A stretch of DNA of 49,037 bases. It comes from Christensenellales bacterium (lineage in GTDB: Bacteria > Bacillota > Clostridia > Christensenellales > UBA1750). Numbering within the stretch: position 1 is the first letter of the stretch; each line of letters starts with the position of its first letter. Below, one piece after another: positions 26,161-35,332 of the stretch. Made by a program: the position numbers and the translations under genes. The notes below the pieces were generated by a model. It had not been told where the DNA came from and ran no database searches. It was given only the letters and a program-made list of their open reading frames with translations. The DNA is taken from contig JBNRMR010000107.1 in assembly GCA_050309705.1 (NCBI GenBank), forward strand, positions 1-49,037, written 5' to 3'.

Positions 26161-26712
26161 ATGAAGAACATGACCGTGAGGAAACTCGTAGTCTTTTCGA
26201 TGTTGTCTGCAGTGTCCATAGTGCTTGTGATGTTTGTGCGTTTTCCGCTGTTTCCCGCGGCGGCATTCCTCGAGTTTGACGCGGGCGACATACCAATAAT
26301 GCTGGGCACTTTTGCTTTTGGGCCGCTGGCGGGGCTGTTGATGACGATAGTCGTGTCGCTGATACAGGGCTTCACAGTGAGCGCCCATAGCGGGCTTTAC
26401 GGCATATTGATGCACATCATCGCTTCGGGCGCCCTTTGCATTGTGGCTGGAGCCATATACCAAAGGAATAGAACAAGAAAAGGCGCGATCATAGCTCTTA
26501 TAGGCGCCACTTTGGCGATGACGGCCCTGATGGTGCTGGCAAACTTGTGGATCACGCCCATTTTTACGGGGTGGCCCAGGCAGGCGGTCGTAGATATACT
26601 CCTCACGGTTATTGTTCCCTTCAACCTTTTAAAGGGGCTGATCACCTCCGTTGTGACCTTCATACTCTACAAGCCGCTGTCCAGGCATGTGTTTAAGTTT
26701 GAAAGGAAATAA
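26161..26712 (+). CDS. ECF transporter S component (RibU/riboflavin-type family)
   Basis: 183 aa with about 6 TMs. FLEFDAGDIPIMLGTFAFGPLAG resembles RibU-type S components. No ECF A/T genes are nearby. Confidence 0.7.
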   Translation: MKNMTVRKLVVFSMLSAVSIVLVMFVRFPLFPAAAFLEFDAGDIPIMLGTFAFGPLAGLLMTIVVSLIQGFTVSAHSGLYGILMHIIASGALCIVAGAIYQRNRTRKGAIIALIGATLAMTALMVLANLWITPIFTGWPRQAVVDILLTVIVPFNLLKGLITSVVTFILYKPLSRHVFKFERK

Positions 26713-26813
26713 TAGGGGGAATTAGGGAACCCGAATAGCATTATGATCGTTTATAGTAATAGATACTAACTGCCTTTGTGGGTGTCAATTATCGCTTGAA
26801 GAGAGTTGTTCAG

Positions 26814-28391
26814 ATGTTCTATGTAGGAAATGAAAAGATAAGCAACAGAAAACTTGCCAATATGATGTTTTTGCTGGCGGGAGCCTTGCTTGCGCTTGCG
26901 CTGATTTTTTCTATAATGCATTTTATGACTGGCGGCGCTCAGGGGCCGGCGATCCCCTCATCCGGGCAGCCGTCTGGTGGGGATGGCCAGGCGGGTTTGG
27001 TTGCGGCGCAGACGCCGAGCCCAAGCCCTCAGGGCCATGACACGCAGCCCTTGGTGGCGCCAAACAGATTTTTTTCGGGAATAAGCATTGGCGGTGTTGC
27101 CGTTGAAGGGCTGACAAAGGAGCAGGCAAGGGCGCTGGTTGAGGAAAGCCTCAAGGGCAAGGCAGGCTCTTTAACGCTTAAACTTGACGAGTATTCATAC
27201 ACACTTAGCGACGGCGAATTGATCGTTTTTTCCTCGAATATCGATGAAGTCATCGAAGACGCGTATTCTCTTGGGCGCAGTGGAAATGATAATGAGGACA
27301 AGGCAGTTATTGAAAGACTAAAGACTCAGCCCATGAATTTTGAGGTCGCTTTAAGCGTGGAGTTTTTAGACATCGAAGCGATTGCCCAGGTGATAAACGA
27401 GGCTGTGGGAACTGACCCGGTGGATCCGGGGGTAAGCTCCTTCAGCGCGGAGGATGGTTTCACCTTTACCGAGGGGATCCCCGGCCTGCATGTGGACGCG
27501 GCCTCCCTTGAAAATGATATTAAGCAGGCGGTTGTGTCTGGCAACGCAGCGCCGGTTAATATAAAAATGAAAGAAGTGCTGCCGGATGCTTCTGTGGACG
27601 AGATAGCAGGGAAATACAAGCTGATGGCCGAATTTTCCACCATCGCAAAGAAGGATAACGCCAGAAATAACAACATAGACCTTGCCCTTCAGCAGTTCAA
27701 CGGCCTTTCTATCGCCCCGGGCCAACAGGTTTCATTCAACCAGACCACCGGCGAAAGAACCGCCGCCAAGGGCTATCAGTCCGCGGGCGTGATACTGAAC
27801 GGGGTGAGTGCGGAGGATATCGGCGGGGGAATATGCCAGGTTTCCAGCACCCTTTTCAATGCGGTTATCCGCGCGGGGCTGCAGATTGACGTGCGCAACC
27901 CTCACTCCTGGCCCAGCGACTATATCGCCGCGGGCATGGACGCCATGGTGGACTGGCCTTCGGCGGATCTCGTATTTACCAATAACAGCGAAAGCACGGT
28001 TTACATGGCCGCTTTCTTTGACTGGCCCAGCCGTAAGCTGACAGTGCAGGTCTATGGCGTGCCAATATACGACCCTTCGTTGAAGGTGGAGCTGAGGGCG
28101 GAAAAGTACGAGGACATTCCCCAGCCGGAAGACCGCTACACCTTTGACGACGGCATGTACAGCGATGATATCATCGTGGAGCGCAAGGGACGGGCGGGCT
28201 CCAGGTGGCACACGTTCCTGCAGTTTTTCGATGAGGAAGGAAACCTGGTGGAGGAAAAGCTGGCCTATAACAGCACATATCGGGCGATCGCCAGCAAGAT
28301 CACCGTGGGCTCCAGGCCCAGGGACGAGTTATTGTATGACATAATCGATGGCAAAGTGGTCTTCAGGGACCCAAGCCTCATACAGAACTAA
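26814..28391 (+). CDS. VanW family protein (N-terminal TM anchor, PG-binding-like region, VanW domain)
   Basis: VanW core is SAGVILNGVSAEDIGGGICQVSSTLFNAV. N-terminal TM is MMFLLAGALLALALIF. The start is uncertain (GTG 26778, ATG 26814 or ATG 26863). Confidence 0.8.
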   Translation: MFYVGNEKISNRKLANMMFLLAGALLALALIFSIMHFMTGGAQGPAIPSSGQPSGGDGQAGLVAAQTPSPSPQGHDTQPLVAPNRFFSGISIGGVAVEGLTKEQARALVEESLKGKAGSLTLKLDEYSYTLSDGELIVFSSNIDEVIEDAYSLGRSGNDNEDKAVIERLKTQPMNFEVALSVEFLDIEAIAQVINEAVGTDPVDPGVSSFSAEDGFTFTEGIPGLHVDAASLENDIKQAVVSGNAAPVNIKMKEVLPDASVDEIAGKYKLMAEFSTIAKKDNARNNNIDLALQQFNGLSIAPGQQVSFNQTTGERTAAKGYQSAGVILNGVSAEDIGGGICQVSSTLFNAVIRAGLQIDVRNPHSWPSDYIAAGMDAMVDWPSADLVFTNNSESTVYMAAFFDWPSRKLTVQVYGVPIYDPSLKVELRAEKYEDIPQPEDRYTFDDGMYSDDIIVERKGRAGSRWHTFLQFFDEEGNLVEEKLAYNSTYRAIASKITVGSRPRDELLYDIIDGKVVFRDPSLIQN

Positions 28392-28445
28392 ATTGAAGCG
28401 AGCAGCAAGAGCAACAGACTATGAAATTGATTTGGAGGGAAATAT

Positions 28446-28646
28446 ATGGCACAGATAACAAAGGAAATGAGCATCAGTCAGGTGCTCAGAATTGATACTT
28501 CCACCGCCAGGATTTTCATGCAATATGGAATGCATTGCATGGGCTGCCCCCACGCAACCCGGGAAAGCATTGAGCAGGCCGGCGCCGTTCATGGGATTGA
28601 TGTGGATGCATTGATCAAGGACCTGAACGACCACGTGGGTGAATAG
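28446..28646 (+). CDS. DUF1858 domain protein (hybrid-cluster-protein-associated redox disulfide type)
   Basis: ITKEMSISQVL......IFMQYGMHCMGCPHATRESIEQA...HGIDVDALIKDLN is a typical DUF1858 pattern with the CxGC pair. Confidence 0.75.
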   Translation: MAQITKEMSISQVLRIDTSTARIFMQYGMHCMGCPHATRESIEQAGAVHGIDVDALIKDLNDHVGE

Positions 28647-28667
28647 GAGCGGTTTAAATGCGTCTAA

Positions 28668-28696
28668 GGAGCGGGCAGTGCCTGCTCCTTTATTTT
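28668..28696 (+). terminator. Rho-independent terminator
   Basis: GGAGCGGG (28668-28675) pairs with CCTGCTCC (28681-28688), followed by TTTATTTT. Confidence 0.65.
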
Positions 28697-29060
28697 GCTC
28701 AGCAGGTGAAGGCGGCTGTGATTTTGCTCAGCAGAGGCCATCTCAGGGCAGAAACGCGACATGCTTGATATAATGGAGTTCCCAGTACGCCACCTGGAAG
28801 ACGCTCAGCCTTGCCTGAGAAAACATGAAGCCTTTTGCCGTGGCCATGTGGTGGGGCTGCTTAGGCTCCGTTGTTTACCATTTGGTTGACATTCAACGGG
28901 CTGTCTATAACTGTGAGCGCAGCTTGGCCCAAAAGAGCATCATCAGCTCGCCGAAAATCTAGGAAGCTCTTTTAGATTGGTAAAGCCGTGCGCAAACAGT
29001 GGAAATATACGCAAAACCATAATGAAAATATGGAAAGGCGGATTTTCACTCGCCTTTTCA

Positions 29061-29069
29061 TGTTATAAT
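29061..29069 (+). promoter_or_regulatory. Extended -10 element upstream of the GH43 gene
   Basis: TGtTATAAT at 29061-29069, about 40 nt upstream of the ATG. No clear -35. Confidence 0.35.
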
Positions 29070-29110
29070 GCGCTTGTATTGTAAAAACAAAATATTCAGG
29101 AGGCAATCGT

Positions 29111-30652
29111 ATGAAATATGTTAACCCCATAATTCCCGGCTATAATCCCGACCCTAGCATCTGCCGCGTGGGTGATGATTTTTATCTGGTAAATTCCACA
29201 TTCGAGTTTTTCCCCGGAGTGCCCATTTACCACAGCAAGAACCTGGTGAACTGGGAGCTGATTGGCCACTGCCTCACCAGAGAGGAGCAGCTATATCTCA
29301 CGGGCTGCCGCAACTCCGGCGGCATATATGCCCCCACCATCCGCTACCACGACGGCACATTCTTCATGATCACCACCAATGTGACCCACAAGGGCAATTT
29401 CGTGGTGCACACAAAGGATATCCGGGGCCAGTGGTCAAAGCCCTACTGGATTGATCAGGGCGGCATCGATCCCTCCCTTTTCTGGGATGATGACGGCACC
29501 TGCTATTATTGCTCCACCGGCACAATCGACGGCGTTCGCGGCACGGTGACATTTGAGATAAACCCCTTCACCGGCGAGATACTTTCCGAAAAGAAGATAA
29601 TCAGCTCCGGCTGTGGCGGCCAGTGCCCGGAAGGCCCGCATATATACAAAAAAGACGGCTATTACTACCACCTTCTGGCGGAGGGCGGCACAGAGTACGG
29701 CCACAGGGTGACCATTCAGCGGAGCAAGAACATCTGGGGCCCATATGAGGACTGCCCTCACAACCCCATTTTCACCCACAAGGAATACAAGGGCAGCGAA
29801 ATCCATGCCACGGGCCACGCCGATATCATACAGGACCAGCATGGTGAATGGTGGATGGTGTTCTTGGGAATCCGCCGTTTCAGCCACGCCCTTTTGCATA
29901 ACCTGGGCAGGGAAACATTCCTTGCGCCCGTCAAGTGGGAGGAGGGCGGCTGGCCCGTTTGCGGCAACAACGGCACAATCGAATATGTGACAGACGCGCC
30001 TTTGCCCGCGCCAGTGGAGCCCGTCTGCCACGATCTGACATTCGGTTTCTCCCAGCCCATGCCCCAAAGGGTGTTCTACACCCGCAACCCTGACTATGCT
30101 AACTACGCCCTGGATAACGCTGCAAAAAAGCTCACCCTCAAGGGAACGGACGTAAGGATAACCGAGCCGGGAGCATCGCCGACAATATTGAATATGCGCC
30201 AGCAGGGCTTCTTCACCACCGTTACGGCCAAGATGTCCCTTAAGGAAACGGATGCGGAAAGAGCTGGCATTGCAGCCTATTACAACAACGACTACCACTA
30301 CGCCATATACTTGGGCAACGACGAGGGCGGCCGCTATATTGGCTTTACCAAGCAGGTGCATGACATCAACGTCCAGGCGTATAAGCAGTATCTTGCCGGC
30401 CAGGTCGATGTGGAGCTGAAGATCGAAAGCGATAGGCACAAGTACACCTTCTCATACCGCCAGGGTGAGAGTGAATGGATGGCAGCCGGCTCCGGCCTCA
30501 ACGCGGGCCTGAGCACCGAGGGAACCTACACCATGACCTTCACCGGCACACTGTACTCCATGTTCGCCGAAAATGGCAGCGGTGTTTTCCTGGATTCTTT
30601 CGATATCAAGGTTCACGAAGACCCGGTTGTGGCGGCAAAGCTTAGCAAATAA
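29111..30652 (+). CDS. GH43 family beta-xylosidase/alpha-L-arabinofuranosidase (cytoplasmic)
   Basis: NPIIPGYNPDPSICRVGDDFYLVNSTFEFFPGVPIYHSKNLVNWELIGH is a classic GH43 N-terminus. Catalytic EGP in CPEGPHIYK. C-terminal beta-sandwich domain. No signal peptide. Confidence 0.88.
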   Translation: MKYVNPIIPGYNPDPSICRVGDDFYLVNSTFEFFPGVPIYHSKNLVNWELIGHCLTREEQLYLTGCRNSGGIYAPTIRYHDGTFFMITTNVTHKGNFVVHTKDIRGQWSKPYWIDQGGIDPSLFWDDDGTCYYCSTGTIDGVRGTVTFEINPFTGEILSEKKIISSGCGGQCPEGPHIYKKDGYYYHLLAEGGTEYGHRVTIQRSKNIWGPYEDCPHNPIFTHKEYKGSEIHATGHADIIQDQHGEWWMVFLGIRRFSHALLHNLGRETFLAPVKWEEGGWPVCGNNGTIEYVTDAPLPAPVEPVCHDLTFGFSQPMPQRVFYTRNPDYANYALDNAAKKLTLKGTDVRITEPGASPTILNMRQQGFFTTVTAKMSLKETDAERAGIAAYYNNDYHYAIYLGNDEGGRYIGFTKQVHDINVQAYKQYLAGQVDVELKIESDRHKYTFSYRQGESEWMAAGSGLNAGLSTEGTYTMTFTGTLYSMFAENGSGVFLDSFDIKVHEDPVVAAKLSK

Positions 30653-30674
30653 AGTTGAAACGTTAATAAACAAA

Positions 30675-30720
30675 GAAAAGAAGGGCCTGATCGCGAAATG
30701 CGGCGCAGCCCTTCTTTTGG
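30675..30720. terminator. Bidirectional terminator between the GH43 gene and the AraC regulator gene
   Basis: GAAAAGAAGGGC (30675-30686) pairs with GCCCTTCTTTT (30708-30718). Confidence 0.6.
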
Positions 30721-30739
30721 CATTGTGTCGTTTATTGCT

Positions 30740-33046
30740 TTACCCCGAAGCTGCGTCCTTATACTGGCCGGGGGTGATGCCCTCGTATTTTTTAAATGTG
30801 CGCATGAAAGTTCTAAGGCTGCCAAAGCCCACTGCATCGGCGGTCTGTTCAAGCTTCATTCCCGAAAGGATTAGCTCCTTTGCCTTTTCTATCCGTGTAA
30901 AGTTTATGTGGGAGGAGAGGCTCTCTCCGGAATACTCCTTGAAAATGCGGGAAAGGTGGACGATGTGGACGCCAAACTCGTCGGCCATTTTACCCACGCT
31001 GGTGGCTTCATCGGCAAAGTGCCTGTCCACATATGAAAGGCATTTCTCGTAAAGAGCTTTGCCCGGCTGAGTGGCCTCATCCTGCATGCGGGAGCGGATA
31101 ACAAAGCAAACGTTTTGGATTACTCGCTGAATTTCACCCTTCATTTCATATATGCTGCCCCCGCGCATCACCGTCTGGAAGGAAAGCTCCGGCATTTTTT
31201 CCAGCGTCTTCTCGTCCAGCTCGCTCACTGCCCTGATGACCGTCCCGGCGATATTCACCATCAGATATCGCATGAGCTCAGGCGAACAGCGCCGCTCAAG
31301 GTTCAGCTCCATAGCGTCCGAAACCGTTTCAAGGGCTCGCGGAGCATCTCCTATCTTTAATGCGTTAACCAGCTTAGCCTCGAAGCCCAGGGGATAGGCA
31401 AGGCCTTTTTGCCCTCCAATATTGGCGATATCACTGTAAAAAACCACATCGTCCAGATCGAGGGTGGTCTTGTACTCCATTACCTCAAGCGCCTGACTGT
31501 AGGCCAGAGGCAGATCATCCTGAAGCTGGCAAAGGTCACTGCAGGCGCATTGATAGTCGATCTGAAAATGGGCATCGAACAGAGCGTGGGCCGTCTTGAG
31601 CTTTGCGGCTATAACAGAAAAAACGTCCATGCCATCGGGCGGGTTCAGCAAAAAGCCCAGCGCCTGACCTGACCGGAAGGGATACACCAGCATTCCCGCG
31701 TCACTGAAGAGTTCGCTCATCACATTTCTCAATATCAGGCAGGAAAGGCTGTCTCGCTCGGCTTCGCTCAAGGAAGCGTTATCCTCCACAAAGGGCCCGT
31801 CGCCCGGACGTATCGCGCACAAAAGTACCAAAACTCCCCCCGGCTGGAAGGAGATATCATATTTTTGCAGCATCTCTGCTGTGGTAAGAGGCGAGATGTT
31901 GCGGTTTTCCAAAAGACTTAGCACCGCCTGCTCGCGAAGGGCGCTTTTTTGCTGCTCTAAAGTGTGTTGCGCGGAGAGAACCTCATGCTGCAGCTCGCCT
32001 ATGGCGCGGACTATAAGCTGGTATTCATTGTATTTTTCCTGAGGTGGATTCTCCCTGGGGAGAGCCTTGAGAATTCCGCGCAAAGGCTTGTAATTGCGCA
32101 GGAGTGAATAGGCGATAAGGGCGCCGCCCATCACAAGGCACAGGGCAACGCTTAGTGTGATTTGCCGCTTTATTGCGTCAACCTGCTGAAGATAGGATGA
32201 TTTTTCCACGATGATTATGTACTTCCAGCTGGCCGAGCGGGACTGAATCCGGGAGACGATTACATCTCGGCCGGAAAGCTGCATATCTGTGGACGCCGTT
32301 GGATCGGAGTATTTCAGCACCCCGGGCTCTATGGGAAATTGCGATGAATTGTAGAGAATCTGGTCGCTGCTATCGATGATCAGTATTGTTTCACGCTTGA
32401 AGCTGGTGAAATCCTGTTGCATGAAGCCGGTGTCGTCCATGAAAAGGACAATATTGGCGTAAAGGCCGCTGTGCATCTCCAGCATAATCGGCCTTATCAG
32501 CACTATCCGGTCCACCAAAGCGCCGTTTGATTCATATTGAAGGCGGTAATATTTGGGGAGGGCATGCTTTTGGCTGATAAGCTCCAGCCAGGTATCCTTT
32601 GGTATTCCACTGCTTTTAAGATAAACATCGTAATAATAGTCGGGGCTTTGGTAGGTCGACTGGTCCAAAACGAGGCTGGAACCGGCAAAGTAGATCAGAA
32701 TATCGCCGGATTGCTCCTTTGTGGCGGCAAGACGGCGCAAGCTGAGGACGGTCTGATAAAGCTCATAGGGGCTGATGTCGCTCCGCGAACGCAGCCCCAG
32801 AAGCTTTCGAATGTTGGGATCAATGGAGATATCGGCGCAAAGGGTATTATACCGCTCCACAACGGAATCCATTTTCAGCTGGATTTGCTCCAGTATGATT
32901 GAGTTGGAGTAGTTTATTTCCCCGTCCAGCACGCTCACAAAGCGGAACATACTTCCAGCCAGAATGATTACCGGAAGCACGAGCACGAACACATATGATA
33001 TAAGCCAGGTGCCAACAACGCTTTTTCCTTTTGTATGTGCGCGCAT
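30740..33046 (-). CDS. Membrane-anchored AraC/XylS family transcriptional regulator (two TMs flanking an extracytoplasmic sensor region, C-terminal HTH)
   Basis: TM1 is WLISYVFVLVLPVIILAGSMF and TM2 is LSVALCLVMGGALIAYSLL. The C-terminal AraC HTH reads ...VGKMADEFGVHIVHLSRIFKEYSG...AVGFGSLRTFMRTFKKYEGITPGQY. ATG at 33046 with GGGAGGA RBS. Confidence 0.8.
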   Translation of the reverse strand: MRAHTKGKSVVGTWLISYVFVLVLPVIILAGSMFRFVSVLDGEINYSNSIILEQIQLKMDSVVERYNTLCADISIDPNIRKLLGLRSRSDISPYELYQTVLSLRRLAATKEQSGDILIYFAGSSLVLDQSTYQSPDYYYDVYLKSSGIPKDTWLELISQKHALPKYYRLQYESNGALVDRIVLIRPIMLEMHSGLYANIVLFMDDTGFMQQDFTSFKRETILIIDSSDQILYNSSQFPIEPGVLKYSDPTASTDMQLSGRDVIVSRIQSRSASWKYIIIVEKSSYLQQVDAIKRQITLSVALCLVMGGALIAYSLLRNYKPLRGILKALPRENPPQEKYNEYQLIVRAIGELQHEVLSAQHTLEQQKSALREQAVLSLLENRNISPLTTAEMLQKYDISFQPGGVLVLLCAIRPGDGPFVEDNASLSEAERDSLSCLILRNVMSELFSDAGMLVYPFRSGQALGFLLNPPDGMDVFSVIAAKLKTAHALFDAHFQIDYQCACSDLCQLQDDLPLAYSQALEVMEYKTTLDLDDVVFYSDIANIGGQKGLAYPLGFEAKLVNALKIGDAPRALETVSDAMELNLERRCSPELMRYLMVNIAGTVIRAVSELDEKTLEKMPELSFQTVMRGGSIYEMKGEIQRVIQNVCFVIRSRMQDEATQPGKALYEKCLSYVDRHFADEATSVGKMADEFGVHIVHLSRIFKEYSGESLSSHINFTRIEKAKELILSGMKLEQTADAVGFGSLRTFMRTFKKYEGITPGQYKDAASG

Positions 33047-33164
33047 CAAAGTCCTCCCTGAGGTTTCGTTTCATGTAATTTGTGGAAACAGGCTTAGGGG
33101 CATTCAAAATGCATTGACTGTCTTAAGCCTGCATTCATCCGCGCCGAAATTTCTACTTCTTACA

Positions 33165-35192
33165 TTAAGCCCTTAACAGGATTTCGTCAATACCCAAAGA
33201 GAGGGTTGCACTGTATCCTCCAGCGAGCGTAAGCTCTGCATTTTCAGGCGTCAATCTTCCCGAAAGCGAAACATCCGCCGGCGCGATCAGAGTCACGAAA
33301 CGCAAAGGCGCCTTGCTATTTGTCCTAAGTGAAAGCTGGGGAGAAGGCTGGCGCACGGGATAACCGTATGACACCCAGCCGCCCTTGGGCTCCTCGCTTC
33401 CGTGGAGTATGACGCCCTCATATTCATCGGTGGAAAGGGACGACAGCAGATATTTTGCGCCCGTTTTTTCAGTCTCAAAGAGCCATGCAGACTTTTCAGC
33501 CGTCACTTTCCCGGGGGCGAAGTTGAAGTAAAGGCGAATATCATGCTCAGATTCGCCAAGGCCGCTGATCTGATCGTCGATTATATAGACATCATCCCTC
33601 AGGCGGATGACTCTGCGGCGGTGGAAAATGGGGTCTTCAAGATAGGCATAGCCATTGTGGGAAAGATCGATCACCGCATAGTCATCGTTTGCCTCAAAGC
33701 GATGGCAGTGGGCGCGAACGCCCCTTGTGCGGGCAAGCCCCGGCACAGTGCCCATGTCGTGGCCGTCCACATAGAGCGTGTTATGGGCCTGGGCGGACAT
33801 GATGTAATGCCGCCAATCCTTCCAGATGGAGCTGTGGTATATATACCGGCCGGTGTCTAGCAGTATGTCTTCGCCCTTTATGTGAAGTTCCAGATGGCAC
33901 TGGTCATAGTGGGAGTGGGTGCTGCGCTCGCCCAGCTCAAGCTGGGGGGCCTGCATGTGGAAGTAACTGTCATTTTCTTCCCAGCCGGTGCGCATGACGT
34001 AAAGACCGGCCTCCTTCATCATGTAATTGAGCTGATGAGGAGCCTTGCCTTGCTTGCGGCCGGTGGCGAAGTATAGGAACTCATCATTTCCCGTCTGCTC
34101 ATGCATTATACGGAAGAAGGCGCGCATTTCGTTCAGGTCAAAGGGGTCGAAGGTGAGGTTCATGCCCTCATATATGGAGGTGTCGCTGCGGCGGTCAAGA
34201 AGATCATTGCGGTCGGCATCGCCTATCATCGGCGTGGAAAAGTCGGGTTTCACGATGCTCATCACAAACTGGGCCGCCTTTTCGAATATGGGCAGAGCAT
34301 AGGGCGGCGTCGCAATGCCGTTTTTTTGGCAGAGCAGATAGCACTGCAGGTATGTCAGCGCAGCCACCATGTGGTAGATCGGGGTTCTTTCCATGTGAAC
34401 ACCGTCATTATCGAAGGAGTACTTGAGCTCGTGCATCACTCTTCTGTAGCCTGTGTGGAACCAATCATCAGCCCTTTTAAATTCAGGGAACATTATGCCG
34501 CACTGGAAAAGGCCGGAGGATTCCATTGTCAGCCAGTTGCTGGAGCGGCCATGGTTGCTGTAGTGGTCCATCAAAAACTCGCCGTGCTGCCATACCTGGT
34601 TGAGGAACAGAACCCAGCTATCTCTGCCCCATTCCTTTGACCCGCGGAAGGCATAGTAGCAGGGCAGCCAAACTGTGTAAATGCGTATCGCGCTTTCGAT
34701 TGTGCGCCAGGAGTGGCCGGGGAAGCCGGATCTGATCTCCTCGGGGGAGGCCATGTATTCGTCCCAGGGCCAGGCGTTGGCCCAGCCTTCCAGCTGCGAA
34801 AGGAACTCCTTTGTGTAGCGCTCGTCGCCGTTCATCACATAGGCTCTGGCCAGAGGTTGCCAGTATATGTGGCGAAAGAGGGACCAGCTCCACTCGTTGT
34901 CCCGGGAGCTGTCGGCGGTGGGGTTGAAATGCCAATCGATTCCGCCCTCAAACTGGTGGCCGTATATATAATGGCGCATCGTTTCTTCCGCGTCGTTTAT
35001 GATCTGGGGATCATCAAATCGCGCCATATCATCCCTGGTAAAGAGGTAGTTCGGCGAAGTTCGCGTGCGGAAATGTTCAATCAGCGCGTCAACGCAGCCC
35101 ACCGGATCGCCAGCTTCCTTTCTTTCAAGGGCGGCGGCAAGGGCAGGATTGTTCAGATCAATCCGCTCAATCAGGGTTTGAATGCAGTTCAT
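33165..35192 (-). CDS. Heparinase II/III family protein (polysaccharide-lyase-like), no signal peptide
   Basis: 675 aa. By-eye resemblance to the alpha/alpha-toroid N-domain plus the Hepar_II_III C-domain (..HSHYDQCHLELHIKGEDILLDTGRYIY..AHNTLYVDG). The family call was not verified. Confidence 0.7.
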   Translation of the reverse strand: MNCIQTLIERIDLNNPALAAALERKEAGDPVGCVDALIEHFRTRTSPNYLFTRDDMARFDDPQIINDAEETMRHYIYGHQFEGGIDWHFNPTADSSRDNEWSWSLFRHIYWQPLARAYVMNGDERYTKEFLSQLEGWANAWPWDEYMASPEEIRSGFPGHSWRTIESAIRIYTVWLPCYYAFRGSKEWGRDSWVLFLNQVWQHGEFLMDHYSNHGRSSNWLTMESSGLFQCGIMFPEFKRADDWFHTGYRRVMHELKYSFDNDGVHMERTPIYHMVAALTYLQCYLLCQKNGIATPPYALPIFEKAAQFVMSIVKPDFSTPMIGDADRNDLLDRRSDTSIYEGMNLTFDPFDLNEMRAFFRIMHEQTGNDEFLYFATGRKQGKAPHQLNYMMKEAGLYVMRTGWEENDSYFHMQAPQLELGERSTHSHYDQCHLELHIKGEDILLDTGRYIYHSSIWKDWRHYIMSAQAHNTLYVDGHDMGTVPGLARTRGVRAHCHRFEANDDYAVIDLSHNGYAYLEDPIFHRRRVIRLRDDVYIIDDQISGLGESEHDIRLYFNFAPGKVTAEKSAWLFETEKTGAKYLLSSLSTDEYEGVILHGSEEPKGGWVSYGYPVRQPSPQLSLRTNSKAPLRFVTLIAPADVSLSGRLTPENAELTLAGGYSATLSLGIDEILLRA

Positions 35193-35227
35193 CTATAAAA
35201 AGTCCTTTCTTTGAAAATATCGATGCG

Positions 35228-35263
35228 GCCGCGGACCGCTGATTTTGGCCAGCAGTCCGCGGC
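35228..35263 (-). terminator. Intercistronic GC-rich stem-loop downstream of the binding-protein gene (partial terminator or mRNA stabiliser)
   Basis: GCCGCGGAC (35228-35236) pairs with GTCCGCGGC (35255-35263) across an 18-nt loop. There is only a weak U-run on the minus strand. Confidence 0.4.
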
Positions 35264-35332
35264 GCTGTGAAGGAGGAGAACTCTAGATATTTTGATTCTA
35301 GTTGCTTCTTTTTGTTTAGCCTCGGCTGAGCA

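Noticed and set aside
29435-30439. A 334-aa minus-strand ORF antisense to the GH43 gene. Similar long antisense ORFs occur at 16747-17475, 13058-13774, 18252-18854, 35660-36241, 20320-20835, 10787-11248 and 41340-41909.
   Set aside because: All lie fully inside well-supported genes on the other strand. They have Arg/Ala/Gly/Pro-skewed, motif-free translations and no RBS. These are the usual stop-poor antisense frames of fairly GC-rich coding DNA.
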